From an uncultured Pelagibacteraceae bacterium (GTDB lineage Bacteria; Pseudomonadota; Alphaproteobacteria; Pelagibacterales; AG-422-B15), in assembly GCA_902624455.1 (NCBI GenBank), contig CACNXQ010000002.1, positions 60,155-124,154 of the forward strand: a stretch of DNA of 64,000 bases, in the 5' to 3' direction. A program made the translations under genes and the position numbers. Numbering within the stretch: the first letter of the stretch is position 1; the number at the start of each line of letters is the position of its first letter. Below are positions 35,421 through 45,580 of this stretch, one piece after another. Under the pieces are notes generated by a model. That model was not told the DNA's origin, ran no database searches, and saw only the letters and a list, made by a program, of their open reading frames with translations.

Positions 35421-37265
35421 ATGTCAAACAAACTACTTATTGATGGATCACGCACGGATCAAACTCAGATCGCACTTATTAGCAATGATGGCTTAGAAGA
35501 TTTTGAGTTTGAGTCGCTAAATAAAAAAAATCTAAAAGGTAATATTTATTTAGGCAAGGTATCACGTATTGAGGCCTCGTTGCAGGCTGCTTTTGTTGAA
35601 ATTGGGTCAGAAAAAAATGGTTTCTTGGCATTTGGTGAAATACATCCAAATTATTTTCAAATTCCTGTTGCAGATCGAGAGGCGCTTCTTAAAGCCGAAG
35701 CTGAGCGTGAAGAGCAGCACCAAGAAAATAATGATAATAATTTAGAAGATACCGAAGTTAATGAAAATAACGAAAATGCTAGTAGTTCAGATTCAACAAA
35801 AGAGGATGATCAGTCTGATTCAAATAAATCAAGCCAATATAACAAAAGAAAGAATTTCAATTTTAGACGAAAACTACTTAGATCATATAAAATTCAAGAG
35901 GTAATAAAAGCTGGTCAATTAATTTTAGTTCAAGTTGTAAAAGAAGAGAGAGGAAATAAAGGGGCAGCATTAACATCTTATATTTCTCTTGCAGGAAAAT
36001 ATTCTGTCCTAATGCCAAATTCAACTAAAACAAAAGGCATTTCTCGTAAAATCTCTACATCAGATGATAGGAATAAATTAAAAAAAATAGTAGACGATTT
36101 AAAAGTGCCTGCTGAAATGGGGCTGATCATAAGGACTGCGGGCTTGAATAAAACAAAGAATGAAATTAAAAAAGACTATATTACACTTAATAAACTTTGG
36201 GTTAACGTAGTTGATTCAACGAAAAAAGCCATTGCTCCTGCCCTGATACATGAAGAAGGAAATTTATTAAGAAGAGTAGTGCGTGACGTATACACCAAAG
36301 ATATGAAAGAAGTTTATGTCGAGGGTAGTGAAGCGTATAAAGAAACAAAAAAATACATGTCTCAAGTCCTGCCATCATGTTCTAAATTTGTAAAACAGCA
36401 CAAAAACAAAACTCCAATATTTACCAAGTACGATGTAGAAAAAGAAATTCTTAAGATGTTTAATCAGGAAGTAAAGCTTAAATCTGGTGGCTACCTCGTT
36501 ATAAACCCTACAGAAGCTCTTGTTGCAATTGATGTAAATTCAGGTGGAGCAACCAAAGAAAGAAATATTGAAAAAACAGCTTTAAAAACAAATCTTGAGG
36601 CAGCTGAAGAAATAACAAAGCAAATCAAAATAAGAGACTTATCAGGGCTCATTGTGATTGATTTTATCGATATGTATGAAATGAGGAACAATAGAACAAT
36701 TGAAAAAAAAGTAAAAGAGCTGATTAAAAAAGATAGAGCTAGAATTCAAATATCAAGAATCAGTCAGTTTGGTCTTCTTGAGATGTCCAGGCAAAGACTT
36801 AGACAAAGTTTTATAGACTGGAAAACTGAGCTTTCAATTGGTTCTTCTGCATTAAAAATAATATACAGTATTAACGAAAAAATTAATAAAGAAGAAAAAA
36901 ATTCAATTGAAGTAAATTTAAACCCAACCATGCTTCGATATTTAAATAACAATATGCAAAATGAAATTGAGGGCATGAAAACAAAGACAAAAGTTGAAAT
37001 CTTATTTAAAGAAAATGATGAAATAGAAATTAATGATATTGAGATAAAAACAATAAAAAGTATAAAAAAAAGTAGCATGAAAAAATCAATTTCAAAAACA
37101 AAAAAAGTGAAAAAAAAGACGTCTGCAAACATAAAAAAGAAACAAATAAAATCTAAAAATTCGGTCAAAAAAAATAGTTCTAAGGTAGATAAAGAAATTG
37201 AAAAGACAGTTGCCCCAACAATAAAAGAAATAAAAAATAAGAAAAGTGGATGGTGGCAACAGTAA
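35421..37265 (+). CDS. rne: Ribonuclease E (short form, 614 aa)
   Basis: S1 domain GNIYLGKVSRIEASLQAAFVEIG, a DNase I-like/catalytic region (AIDVNSG, LIVIDFIDM), an acidic insertion and a Lys-rich C-terminal tail. Confidence 0.85.
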   Translation: MSNKLLIDGSRTDQTQIALISNDGLEDFEFESLNKKNLKGNIYLGKVSRIEASLQAAFVEIGSEKNGFLAFGEIHPNYFQIPVADREALLKAEAEREEQHQENNDNNLEDTEVNENNENASSSDSTKEDDQSDSNKSSQYNKRKNFNFRRKLLRSYKIQEVIKAGQLILVQVVKEERGNKGAALTSYISLAGKYSVLMPNSTKTKGISRKISTSDDRNKLKKIVDDLKVPAEMGLIIRTAGLNKTKNEIKKDYITLNKLWVNVVDSTKKAIAPALIHEEGNLLRRVVRDVYTKDMKEVYVEGSEAYKETKKYMSQVLPSCSKFVKQHKNKTPIFTKYDVEKEILKMFNQEVKLKSGGYLVINPTEALVAIDVNSGGATKERNIEKTALKTNLEAAEEITKQIKIRDLSGLIVIDFIDMYEMRNNRTIEKKVKELIKKDRARIQISRISQFGLLEMSRQRLRQSFIDWKTELSIGSSALKIIYSINEKINKEEKNSIEVNLNPTMLRYLNNNMQNEIEGMKTKTKVEILFKENDEIEINDIEIKTIKSIKKSSMKKSISKTKKVKKKTSANIKKKQIKSKNSVKKNSSKVDKEIEKTVAPTIKEIKNKKSGWWQQ

Positions 37266-38599
37266 CCTTTAAGAGATTATTTGCCTCTTTAATTATCTTT
37301 TTTTATTTTTTTATTCATAGTTCTTTTGCATTAGAAATCATTAGAGACGAAGAGCTTGAGAAATTTACCAAAGAATTAACCTCTGAGCTTCTTACGGATA
37401 CCAACTTAAATGTAAAAGATATAAATTTTTATTTTATAAATAATAAGGAAATCAATGCATTTGTGACAGGTGGAAAAAATATTTTTATAAATACTGGATT
37501 AATTACCCAAGCATATGACTATAGAGAATACCAGGCAGTTATTGCTCATGAGCTATCACATATAATCGGTGGCCATATATTTAATACTTCTGCTGAACTT
37601 CAGAATTTAAGCAATAAAGCTCTACCAGTATATTTATTGGGAATAATAGGAATATTCGCAGGATCTGCAGATACAGCAATTACGAGTATAATGTTAGGTC
37701 AAGCGAGTGTTCAAGATGGATTCACCTATTATTCTCGAAATCAGGAAGCTTCAGCAGATCAAGCCGCAATTAATTTAATGTGCTCAAATAATATTGATGC
37801 TTCATACCTGGTAAGTTTCCTTGAGAAATTAGACAGAAAAACTTTAGATAGTGTTTCAAATGAAAATTACTATAGGTCAACACACCCTCCTATAGATAGC
37901 AGAAAAGATTGGATAAATATTTCACTTAAAAATAAAAATTGTGAATATGAAAAAACACAATTCCTTCAAGAAAAATTTAATTTACTTAAATCAAAATTAA
38001 TTGCATTCACTCATAGCAAACAAGAAGTTTATGCAATTTACAGTGGTGAAAGCGATGTAGATTTATATGCAAATGCAATTATATCGTATCTTTCTGGAAA
38101 TCACTCAGTCTCTCTCGAGATTTTAGATAGATTAATAAATCGAGAACCGAATAATCCTTATTTTAGGGAGCTGCTCGGAGAAATTTATTTTGCGAAAGCT
38201 GATTTTGATAATGCAATTAAAAATCAAAGTATTGCGATAGAATTAGCCAATGAGCCAAGCGATCTATACTTCATGATGATTGGAAGCTATTTAGTCGCTC
38301 TTGAGGATCAAGCATCAAAATATGATGGCATTAAAAATTTAAAAAAATCAATTTTTATAAACCCAAAAAATACATATTCCTGGTATCTTCTTGCAAGAGC
38401 ATATGCTGACACAGGTAATTTACCTTTAGCAAATTATGCTACTGCTGAGAGGTATTATTTAATTGGCGAGAGAGGGCTCGCTTTGGAATTCGCCCAAAAA
38501 TCTATAAATTCTATTGAAAAAAATTCACCTGAATGGTATCGAGCCAATGATTTAATGTCTATAATAAGCAGTTCAATAACTGATGAGCCATCAGATTGA
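37250..38599 (+). CDS. M48 family metallopeptidase with C-terminal TPR repeats (BepA-like)
   Basis: Signal/TM segment LFASLIIFFYFFIHSSFA, HExxH in AHELSHIIGGH, and a TPR-like C-terminal half. Confidence 0.7.
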   Translation: MVATVTFKRLFASLIIFFYFFIHSSFALEIIRDEELEKFTKELTSELLTDTNLNVKDINFYFINNKEINAFVTGGKNIFINTGLITQAYDYREYQAVIAHELSHIIGGHIFNTSAELQNLSNKALPVYLLGIIGIFAGSADTAITSIMLGQASVQDGFTYYSRNQEASADQAAINLMCSNNIDASYLVSFLEKLDRKTLDSVSNENYYRSTHPPIDSRKDWINISLKNKNCEYEKTQFLQEKFNLLKSKLIAFTHSKQEVYAIYSGESDVDLYANAIISYLSGNHSVSLEILDRLINREPNNPYFRELLGEIYFAKADFDNAIKNQSIAIELANEPSDLYFMMIGSYLVALEDQASKYDGIKNLKKSIFINPKNTYSWYLLARAYADTGNLPLANYATAERYYLIGERGLALEFAQKSINSIEKNSPEWYRANDLMSIISSSITDEPSD

Positions 38600-38612
38600 T
38601 GATTGATTAAAA

Positions 38613-39056
38613 ATGAAAAATAAAAAAATTAAAATCATTAACGGCCCTAATCTTAATTTACTTGGAACAAGGGAACCTGAAATTTATGGTGGTAACACTT
38701 TAGTTGAGATAGAAAATATGATTAAAAGTTATGTTGATAAAAATTCATACGCATTTGACTTAGACTTTTTTCAGTCTAATAGTGAAGGTGAAATTGTAGA
38801 GTCGTTACAAGATGCCGGTAAAAATTGTGATGGGGTCATAATCAATGCTGGTGGACTAACTCATACTTCTGTAATTATATTGGATTGCCTTCTTGCAGTT
38901 GATATCCCAAAAATTGAAGTTCATATTTCTAATCTATTCACTCGTGAAGAATTCAGGCATAATTCATATATTAGTAAAGGAGTAAACGGTCTAATCTGTG
39001 GATTTGGAGCTAATAGCTATTTACTTGCTATTGATGCTATGCATAAGATAGTTTAA
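38613..39056 (+). CDS. aroQ: 3-dehydroquinate dehydratase, type II
   Basis: INGPNLNLLGTREPEIYG and HISN motifs; 147 aa. Confidence 0.9.
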   Translation: MKNKKIKIINGPNLNLLGTREPEIYGGNTLVEIENMIKSYVDKNSYAFDLDFFQSNSEGEIVESLQDAGKNCDGVIINAGGLTHTSVIILDCLLAVDIPKIEVHISNLFTREEFRHNSYISKGVNGLICGFGANSYLLAIDAMHKIV

Positions 39057-39066
39057 AAATCATATT

Positions 39067-39522
39067 ATGACTGATAAATCAAAAAAAAATATTGATACTA
39101 AACCCATTAAAGATTTAGCTAAATTACTCGATGAATTAAATCTAACTGAAATTTCTTATTCAGATAAAGAATTTTCAGTATCAGTTTCAAAGTCAATTAA
39201 TGTTAATGCTTTACCCCAATCAAACGTTTCATCATCGTCAGAAAATCCAGGTGTTGATGATAATACAAATAATGATTATCAAAATGATCCGAGAGCGATA
39301 ACGTCGCCAATGGTCGGCACTGTTTATCTACAACCAGAACCCGGTGCAAATAAATTTATTAATGTTGGTGATGATGTAAAATCAGGGCAAACACTATTAA
39401 TAATAGAAGCAATGAAAACAATGAATCCAATAGAGTCTTCCCTTCAAGGTAAGGTAACTAAAATTCTTGTCGAGAATGAACAGGCTGTTGAATTCGGACA
39501 ACCACTCGTCTTAGTAGAATAA
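39067..39522 (+). CDS. accB: Acetyl-CoA carboxylase biotin carboxyl carrier protein
   Basis: Biotinyl-lysine motif EAMKTMN near the C-terminus; SPMVGT motif. Confidence 0.9.
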   Translation: MTDKSKKNIDTKPIKDLAKLLDELNLTEISYSDKEFSVSVSKSINVNALPQSNVSSSSENPGVDDNTNNDYQNDPRAITSPMVGTVYLQPEPGANKFINVGDDVKSGQTLLIIEAMKTMNPIESSLQGKVTKILVENEQAVEFGQPLVLVE

Positions 39523-40863
39523 ATGTTTGAAAAGATTTTAATTGCTAACCGTGGTGAAATTGCGGTTAGAATTAACAGAGCATGTCAGGAGCTAGGTATA
39601 TCAACTGTCGCTATCCACAGCGAAGCTGATAGAGACTCAATGCACGTCAGAATAGCAGACGAAAGTGTTTGTATTGGACCAAGCGCAGTTAACAAAAGTT
39701 ACTTGAATACACATGCTATAATTTCTGCTTGCGAGATCACTGGAGCTCAAGCTGTACACCCTGGATATGGATTTTTATCAGAAAATGCCTCATTTGCAAA
39801 AATGCTGGAAGATCACAAATTAAATTTTATTGGACCCAAATTTCAACACATCGAAATGATGGGAGATAAAATACAGGCCAAAAAAATCATGAATGATTTT
39901 GGTGTCCCAGTAGTTCCTGGCTCAGAGGGAAAAATAAAAGATGTTGAGCATGCCATAAGAATATCTAATGAGATTGGATTTCCTGTGCTTTTAAAGGCAA
40001 GTGCTGGTGGAGGTGGTAGAGGGATGCAAATTGTAAAAAATGACGAAGAATTGAGAAAAGTTTTGCCTATACTCAAACAGGAAGCACTTTCTTTTTTTGG
40101 TAATAGCGACATTTATGTTGAAAAATTTATAGATTCACCTCGCCACATAGAAATTCAAGTAATGTGTGATACTCACGGAAACTTTCTTCACCTTTACGAA
40201 CGTGATTGTTCTGTGCAAAGACGTAATCAAAAAGTTATAGAAGAGGCTTTAGCTCCAGACATTTCAGAGGATAACAAAAATAAGCTTTATAAAATTTGCA
40301 CCGATGCAATGTCAAGAATGGGTTATTTGGGTTTAGGTACTCTTGAATTTCTATACTCAGATGGAAATTTTTACTTTATGGAAATGAATACAAGAATACA
40401 AGTCGAGCACCCTATTACAGAAATGATAACTCGCGTTGATTTAGTTAGAGAGCAAATTTGTATTGCTCATGGTGAAAAAATTTTTACTACTCAAGAAAAT
40501 ATCAAGCCATTAGGTCATTCAATTGAGTGTAGAATAAACGCTGAAAATCCAGAAACTTTTCAGCCGTCTGCAGGTCAAGTTCAAATGTATCATGCGCCTG
40601 CTGGTAATGGCATAAGACTAGATACGTTTATATATTCAGGTTACAAGGTTCCTCATTATTACGATAACCTTTTAGCTAAACTAATTGTGACAGGTCGAAC
40701 GAGAAACCATGCAATTAAAAGAGCTCTAAGGGCTTTAAACGAAATTGTAATTGATGGTATTCAAACAAATATTGATCTGCATAAAAAAATACTATCATCC
40801 AATGACTTTAAGCAAGGAGCTGTTCCAATTAATTGGCTTGAAAATAAAATAGATAAAATTTAA
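39523..40863 (+). CDS. accC: Acetyl-CoA carboxylase biotin carboxylase subunit
   Basis: KILIANRGEIAVR, ATP-grasp GGGGRGM and EMNTRIQVEHP motifs. Confidence 0.95.
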   Translation: MFEKILIANRGEIAVRINRACQELGISTVAIHSEADRDSMHVRIADESVCIGPSAVNKSYLNTHAIISACEITGAQAVHPGYGFLSENASFAKMLEDHKLNFIGPKFQHIEMMGDKIQAKKIMNDFGVPVVPGSEGKIKDVEHAIRISNEIGFPVLLKASAGGGGRGMQIVKNDEELRKVLPILKQEALSFFGNSDIYVEKFIDSPRHIEIQVMCDTHGNFLHLYERDCSVQRRNQKVIEEALAPDISEDNKNKLYKICTDAMSRMGYLGLGTLEFLYSDGNFYFMEMNTRIQVEHPITEMITRVDLVREQICIAHGEKIFTTQENIKPLGHSIECRINAENPETFQPSAGQVQMYHAPAGNGIRLDTFIYSGYKVPHYYDNLLAKLIVTGRTRNHAIKRALRALNEIVIDGIQTNIDLHKKILSSNDFKQGAVPINWLENKIDKI

Positions 40864-41342
40864 TTACAATCCTCTATCCAAATATCATAGATCGGATGTT
40901 CTAATGAGGAAATTGAGGGAAGAGTTTTCAACATCCATCCATTAAAGATTTTTTCATTAATTTCTCTATTATAAATATTTAAATAAACAGCCTTCTCAGA
41001 TTTTTCATATTTATCGCTCAGGTAACATTCTATCGCATAAATTTCTAAGTAGTCATATTCATAGTTCTCTTTAAGTTTTATTTCTATTTGATCAACATTA
41101 GCAGTTATTTTATTTAAGATTTTTAGAGTTACTAACATTTCTCTATCAATTTCACCTTGTGTATCTAAAGAAGGAATTTTATTTTCATCTATATTTAAAT
41201 CTTCTTTTTCCTCTTGATCGTAAGTTGGTTCTAATTGATCGAGGCTAATAAGTGGAGCAATTTCAATATTCTCAGCAATGGATACAAAACTAGAAAATAA
41301 AATAAAAGTTAAAATTAGGGAAATTAGTTTTTTGGCTTCCAT
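40860..41342 (-). CDS. Exported DUF2155-like protein
   Basis: Signal peptide. Its position immediately downstream of the NDUFA12-like gene is a pairing I recall as conserved in alphaproteobacteria. The family call is mainly by synteny. Confidence 0.5.
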   Translation of the reverse strand: MEAKKLISLILTFILFSSFVSIAENIEIAPLISLDQLEPTYDQEEKEDLNIDENKIPSLDTQGEIDREMLVTLKILNKITANVDQIEIKLKENYEYDYLEIYAIECYLSDKYEKSEKAVYLNIYNREINEKIFNGWMLKTLPSISSLEHPIYDIWIEDCN

Positions 41343-41695
41343 TTTTCATAACCTAAACTTTTTTGTTTTTTAGTGATTGAATTCTCCTGATCACTTTTTG
41401 GCATATAAGCATTTTGTGTGCCTGTTTGATTAGGTATATGATTTTTTTGCCAAAAATGCTTATTGGCTTCTTTAGGAATATCTTGGCTTGTGAAACGCAA
41501 CCAATTATTCCACTCTGGATTGGTCATCGAAGAGTCGATTTCACCCTCATAAATTACCCATCTCTTAGTATCTGATTTGTTTCTGAAATATCGATTGTTT
41601 TTTTCATCTCTACCTACTTCATAACCATTAAAATATGACCATAATCTTGTTCCAAATGTCTGACCGTTCCACCAAGTGAAAATTTCTTTAATCAT
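41324..41695 (-). CDS. NADH:ubiquinone oxidoreductase subunit NDUFA12-like protein
   Basis: IFTWWNGQTFGTRLW ... RWVIYEGE ... PEWNNWL matches the bacterial NDUFA12 family pattern. Confidence 0.8.
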   Translation of the reverse strand: MIKEIFTWWNGQTFGTRLWSYFNGYEVGRDEKNNRYFRNKSDTKRWVIYEGEIDSSMTNPEWNNWLRFTSQDIPKEANKHFWQKNHIPNQTGTQNAYMPKSDQENSITKKQKSLGYEKWKPKN

Positions 41696-41808
41696 ATGTA
41701 TCCAAAATAATTATGTTGAATTAACAATTTTTTCAACAATATTAGCGTTATAATTAGCCTGTAAGTTATTGTAAAAACTGTATATTTTTAAAATAAACCA
41801 CAGCTCCT

Positions 41809-41855
41809 ATACTGCATATAGTATATATTATTTTTTTTTACACAATATGTTGACT
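41809..41855 (+). promoter_or_regulatory. Two candidate NrdR boxes upstream of nrdJ
   Basis: ATACTGCATATAGTAT (41809-41824; 12/16 to the remembered consensus acaCwAtATaTwGtgt) and ACACAATATGTTGACT (41840-41855; 13/16). The starts are 31 bp apart. Box 2 overlaps a -35-like TTGACT. Confidence 0.45.
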
Positions 41856-41995
41856 TAAGAATTCAAATAAATAAATATACTCAATCTAGAACGTTACTCA
41901 AATAAACATTCTGGCGCAACCGGTCGAAAAGCCACATTTCGAAATATTTTTTTCGACTGTAAAAAATTGTCTTTGGAAAAGAGGAATGAATAATT

Positions 41996-44900
41996 ATGAA
42001 AATTAACCGAGAATTTACAAGCGAAAATCAATCACCATATAAGACTATAAATTTCAAAAAAGTCTCAACAGAAATTCTTAATCCAGATGGATCACTAGTC
42101 TTCAAATTAGAAGATTTTGAAGTTCCTGAAAGCTGGAGTCAAGTTGCAAGCGATATTCTTTCACAAAAATATTTTAGAAAAGCGGGAGTGCCAAATAAAG
42201 TCAAAAAGGTTGAAGAAAAAGGTATTCCATCTTGGTTATCAAAAAGAATTCCTGATGAAAATGGCGAAGGCCTTGAAATGTCTTCTGAAAAAAATTCTCA
42301 GCAAGTTTTCGATAGATTAGCTGGTGCCTGGACATATTGGGGCTGGAAAGGTGGTTATTTTTCAAGCGAAGATGATGCTAAAGCTTTTTTTGATGAAGTA
42401 AGGTTCATGCTTGCTTCTCAGATGGTTGCCCCTAATAGCCCTCAATGGTTTAATACAGGTCTTAACTGGGCGTATGGAATTGATGGCCCTTCTCAAGGTC
42501 ACTTCTACGTTGATGGTGAGTCTGGAAAATTAACACGATCATCGAGTTCATATGAAAGACCTCAACCACATGCATGCTTTATTCAAAGTATTGACGACGA
42601 TCTAGTAAATGATGGCGGTATCATGGATTTATGGGTAAGAGAGGCTAGATTGTTCAAATATGGATCTGGAACAGGAACAAATTTTTCTAATTTGAGAGGT
42701 GCCAGCGAAGGTCTATCTGGTGGTGGACAATCATCTGGATTGATGAGCTTCTTAAAAATTGGTGATAGAGCGGCTGGCGCAATTAAATCAGGGGGTACTA
42801 CAAGAAGAGCAGCTAAAATGGTAGTTGTTGACATCGATCATCCTGATATTGAAGAATTTATTAAATGGAAAGTGACAGAAGAGCAAAAAGTTGCATCGAT
42901 TGTAACGGGATCAAAAATTTGCTCTAAGCATCTAAAAAAAATAATGGCTGCTTGTCATAACTGTGAAGCGGATGGAGAAAGTTGTTTTGATCCAAAGAAA
43001 AATCCAGCTCTTAAGAGAGAGATTATTCTGGCAAGAAATAACGAAATTCCTGAAAATTATATTCAGCGAATTATTCACTTTGCGAAACAAGGATATAAAT
43101 CAATTGAATTTGAGACATATAACACTGATTGGGACTCAGAAGCTTATGTAACAGTTTCAGGGCAAAACTCTAATAACTCTGTGAGAGTTACGGACGATTT
43201 TTTAAACGCTGTTACAAATAATACCGATTGGAATCTTGTGAATAGAACAGATAACTCGATAAATAAAACAGTGAAAGCTAGAGATTTATGGGATCAAGTA
43301 GGTTACTCAGCATGGGCATGTGCTGATCCGGGCATACAATTTCATACAACGATCAATGATTGGCACACTTGTCCAGAAAGTGGTGAAATTAGAGCTTCTA
43401 ATCCATGCTCGGAATATATGTTCTTAGATAATACTGCATGCAACCTAGCATCCCTAAATTTAATGACCTTTATGGATGAGAATAAGTGCCTAAACACTGA
43501 TTTGTTTAAACATGCAGTTAGATTGTGGACTATTATTTTGGAAATTTCAGTAATGATGGCTCAGTTTCCATCAAAAGAAATTGCAAAACTTTCATATGAA
43601 TACAGAACTCTAGGCTTAGGTTATGCAAACCTCGGAGGATATCTTATGTCAAAAGGTGTCGCTTACGATAGTGAAGAAGGTAGAGCTAACTGTGCTGCAA
43701 TTACAGCTCTGATGACAGGCATATCTTATGCAACATCGGCAGAAATGGCCTCAGAACAAGGCCCATTCCCTGGTTACCAGCAAAACTCAAAAAATATGCT
43801 GAGAGTAATCAGGAATCACAGACGAGCTGCATATGGTCATCAAGATGACTATGAAGAATTAAATATTAACCCAGTTCCATTTGAAGTGAGTAATCTTAGG
43901 GATGTAAATCTGGGGGCAGAAGCTCAAAGTGCATGGGATTTAGCTTATCAAGAAGGTCAAAAATACGGTTATCGAAATGCCCAAACAACAGTAATTGCAC
44001 CTACTGGAACAATCGGCCTTGTAATGGATTGTGATACAACTGGTATTGAGCCTGATTTTGCTATGGTGAAATTTAAAAAACTTGCTGGAGGAGGTTATTT
44101 TAAAATAATTAACAGAACAGTACCGGAAGCTCTGCAAGAGCTTCAATACACTCAGGAAGAAATTGATGAAACAATTAATTATGCAGTCGGTCGTGGAACT
44201 TTAAGCAATGCACCTCATATTAACCACGACTCTCTTAGAGAGAAAGGTTTTGGTGACGAGCAAATCGATAACTTAGAACAGAATTTAAAAAATGTATTTG
44301 ATATTAGATTTTCTTTTAATGAGTTTACGCTTGGCAGAAAATTTTGTACTGACACTCTAAATTTAAGTGAAGAGCAACTTGCTGACTTTAATTTTAATAT
44401 GCTTGCAGCTTTAGGTTTTTCTTCAGAAGAAATAGATGCTGCAAATACATATTGTTGTGGGACTATGACTTTGGAGGGTTCCCAATATATTAAAGATGAG
44501 CACCTACCTGTATTTGATTGTGCCAATCCTTGTGGAAGAATAGGAAAAAGATTCTTATCTGTTGAAAGCCATATCAGAATGATGGCTGCTGCACAGCCTT
44601 TTATATCTGGTGCAATTTCTAAAACGATCAACATGCCAGCTGATTCTAACGTAGAAGATTGTAACGAGGCTTACATGTTGTCATGGAAACTTGGCACTAA
44701 AGCTAATGCTCTTTACAGAGATGGGTCAAAACTTAGTCAGCCATTAGCATCAAAACTTGTTGATGACGAAGTTATAGAAGAAGAGCATCAAGAAGCTGTT
44801 TCTCAAGTAGAAAAAACAATTGCAGTCGCAAAAGAAGCCGCAAGTTCTGTTGTTTATGGATCAAGAAATAAAGTTCCTGACAGGAGAAAAGGATATATTC

Positions 44901-45580
44901 AAAAAGCAATCGTCGGTGGCCATAAAGTTTATCTTCATACAGGCGAATATGAAGACGGAAGCCTGGGTGAAATCTTCATCGACATGCATAAAGAAGGTGC
45001 TTTTCTTAGAAGTTTAATGAACAACTTTGCCATAGCTATTTCTATTGGCTTACAGTACGGTGTCCCTCTGGAGGAGTACGTTGAAGCCTATACATTTACG
45101 AGGTTTGATCCTGCTGGTGTTGTACAAGGTAACAATAGAATAAAAAATGCTACATCTATCTTAGACTATGTCTTCAGAGAGCTTGCTGTATCCTATCTTG
45201 GAAGAAATGATTTGGCGCATGCTAATGATACTGACGTAGATTTTTCTCTTGGCACCGGAGCTGAGGAAGGCACCCTAAAAGAGAATGAAATACCTTGGAA
45301 ACTTGTAAAAAAAGTTTCAAGTCAAGGTTATCTTAGAGGTCAAGATAGTCTGTCTGTCGTAGGAAGTTCAGCTGGTGCTGACATATCTGTTGGATCAGAG
45401 CCAGCAATTACTCAGGAAGCGGTTATTACAACCTCAGATCAGTCCATGAGTAAAGTTCAAGCAGCAAGAATGATGGGATATGAAGGTGACGCATGCCCAG
45501 AATGTTCATCTTTTACACTTGTTCGTAATGGAACCTGTTTAAAATGTGATACTTGTGGTGCCACAACTGGATGCTCTTAG
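41996..45580 (+). CDS. nrdJ: Ribonucleotide reductase, class II (adenosylcobalamin-dependent), long form
   Basis: 1194 aa; active-site loop [24 protein letters not shown], a conserved TIAPTGT block, and a C-terminal Cys cluster [22 protein letters not shown]. Confidence 0.9.
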   Translation: MKINREFTSENQSPYKTINFKKVSTEILNPDGSLVFKLEDFEVPESWSQVASDILSQKYFRKAGVPNKVKKVEEKGIPSWLSKRIPDENGEGLEMSSEKNSQQVFDRLAGAWTYWGWKGGYFSSEDDAKAFFDEVRFMLASQMVAPNSPQWFNTGLNWAYGIDGPSQGHFYVDGESGKLTRSSSSYERPQPHACFIQSIDDDLVNDGGIMDLWVREARLFKYGSGTGTNFSNLRGASEGLSGGGQSSGLMSFLKIGDRAAGAIKSGGTTRRAAKMVVVDIDHPDIEEFIKWKVTEEQKVASIVTGSKICSKHLKKIMAACHNCEADGESCFDPKKNPALKREIILARNNEIPENYIQRIIHFAKQGYKSIEFETYNTDWDSEAYVTVSGQNSNNSVRVTDDFLNAVTNNTDWNLVNRTDNSINKTVKARDLWDQVGYSAWACADPGIQFHTTINDWHTCPESGEIRASNPCSEYMFLDNTACNLASLNLMTFMDENKCLNTDLFKHAVRLWTIILEISVMMAQFPSKEIAKLSYEYRTLGLGYANLGGYLMSKGVAYDSEEGRANCAAITALMTGISYATSAEMASEQGPFPGYQQNSKNMLRVIRNHRRAAYGHQDDYEELNINPVPFEVSNLRDVNLGAEAQSAWDLAYQEGQKYGYRNAQTTVIAPTGTIGLVMDCDTTGIEPDFAMVKFKKLAGGGYFKIINRTVPEALQELQYTQEEIDETINYAVGRGTLSNAPHINHDSLREKGFGDEQIDNLEQNLKNVFDIRFSFNEFTLGRKFCTDTLNLSEEQLADFNFNMLAALGFSSEEIDAANTYCCGTMTLEGSQYIKDEHLPVFDCANPCGRIGKRFLSVESHIRMMAAAQPFISGAISKTINMPADSNVEDCNEAYMLSWKLGTKANALYRDGSKLSQPLASKLVDDEVIEEEHQEAVSQVEKTIAVAKEAASSVVYGSRNKVPDRRKGYIQKAIVGGHKVYLHTGEYEDGSLGEIFIDMHKEGAFLRSLMNNFAIAISIGLQYGVPLEEYVEAYTFTRFDPAGVVQGNNRIKNATSILDYVFRELAVSYLGRNDLAHANDTDVDFSLGTGAEEGTLKENEIPWKLVKKVSSQGYLRGQDSLSVVGSSAGADISVGSEPAITQEAVITTSDQSMSKVQAARMMGYEGDACPECSSFTLVRNGTCLKCDTCGATTGCS

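Noticed and set aside
41696-41995. Cobalamin riboswitch upstream of the B12-dependent nrdJ
   Set aside because: No B12-box-like sequence or multi-stem aptamer is visible. B12 riboswitches typically repress B12-independent enzymes or transport genes, not nrdJ. NrdR boxes explain the region better.
41996-45580. Possible intein or insertion element in the 1194-aa NrdJ
   Set aside because: The length fits my recollection of the long alphaproteobacterial NrdJ form. The sequence reads as continuous RNR-like blocks without an obvious Cys/Ser...His-Asn splice-junction module. I could not verify this computationally.
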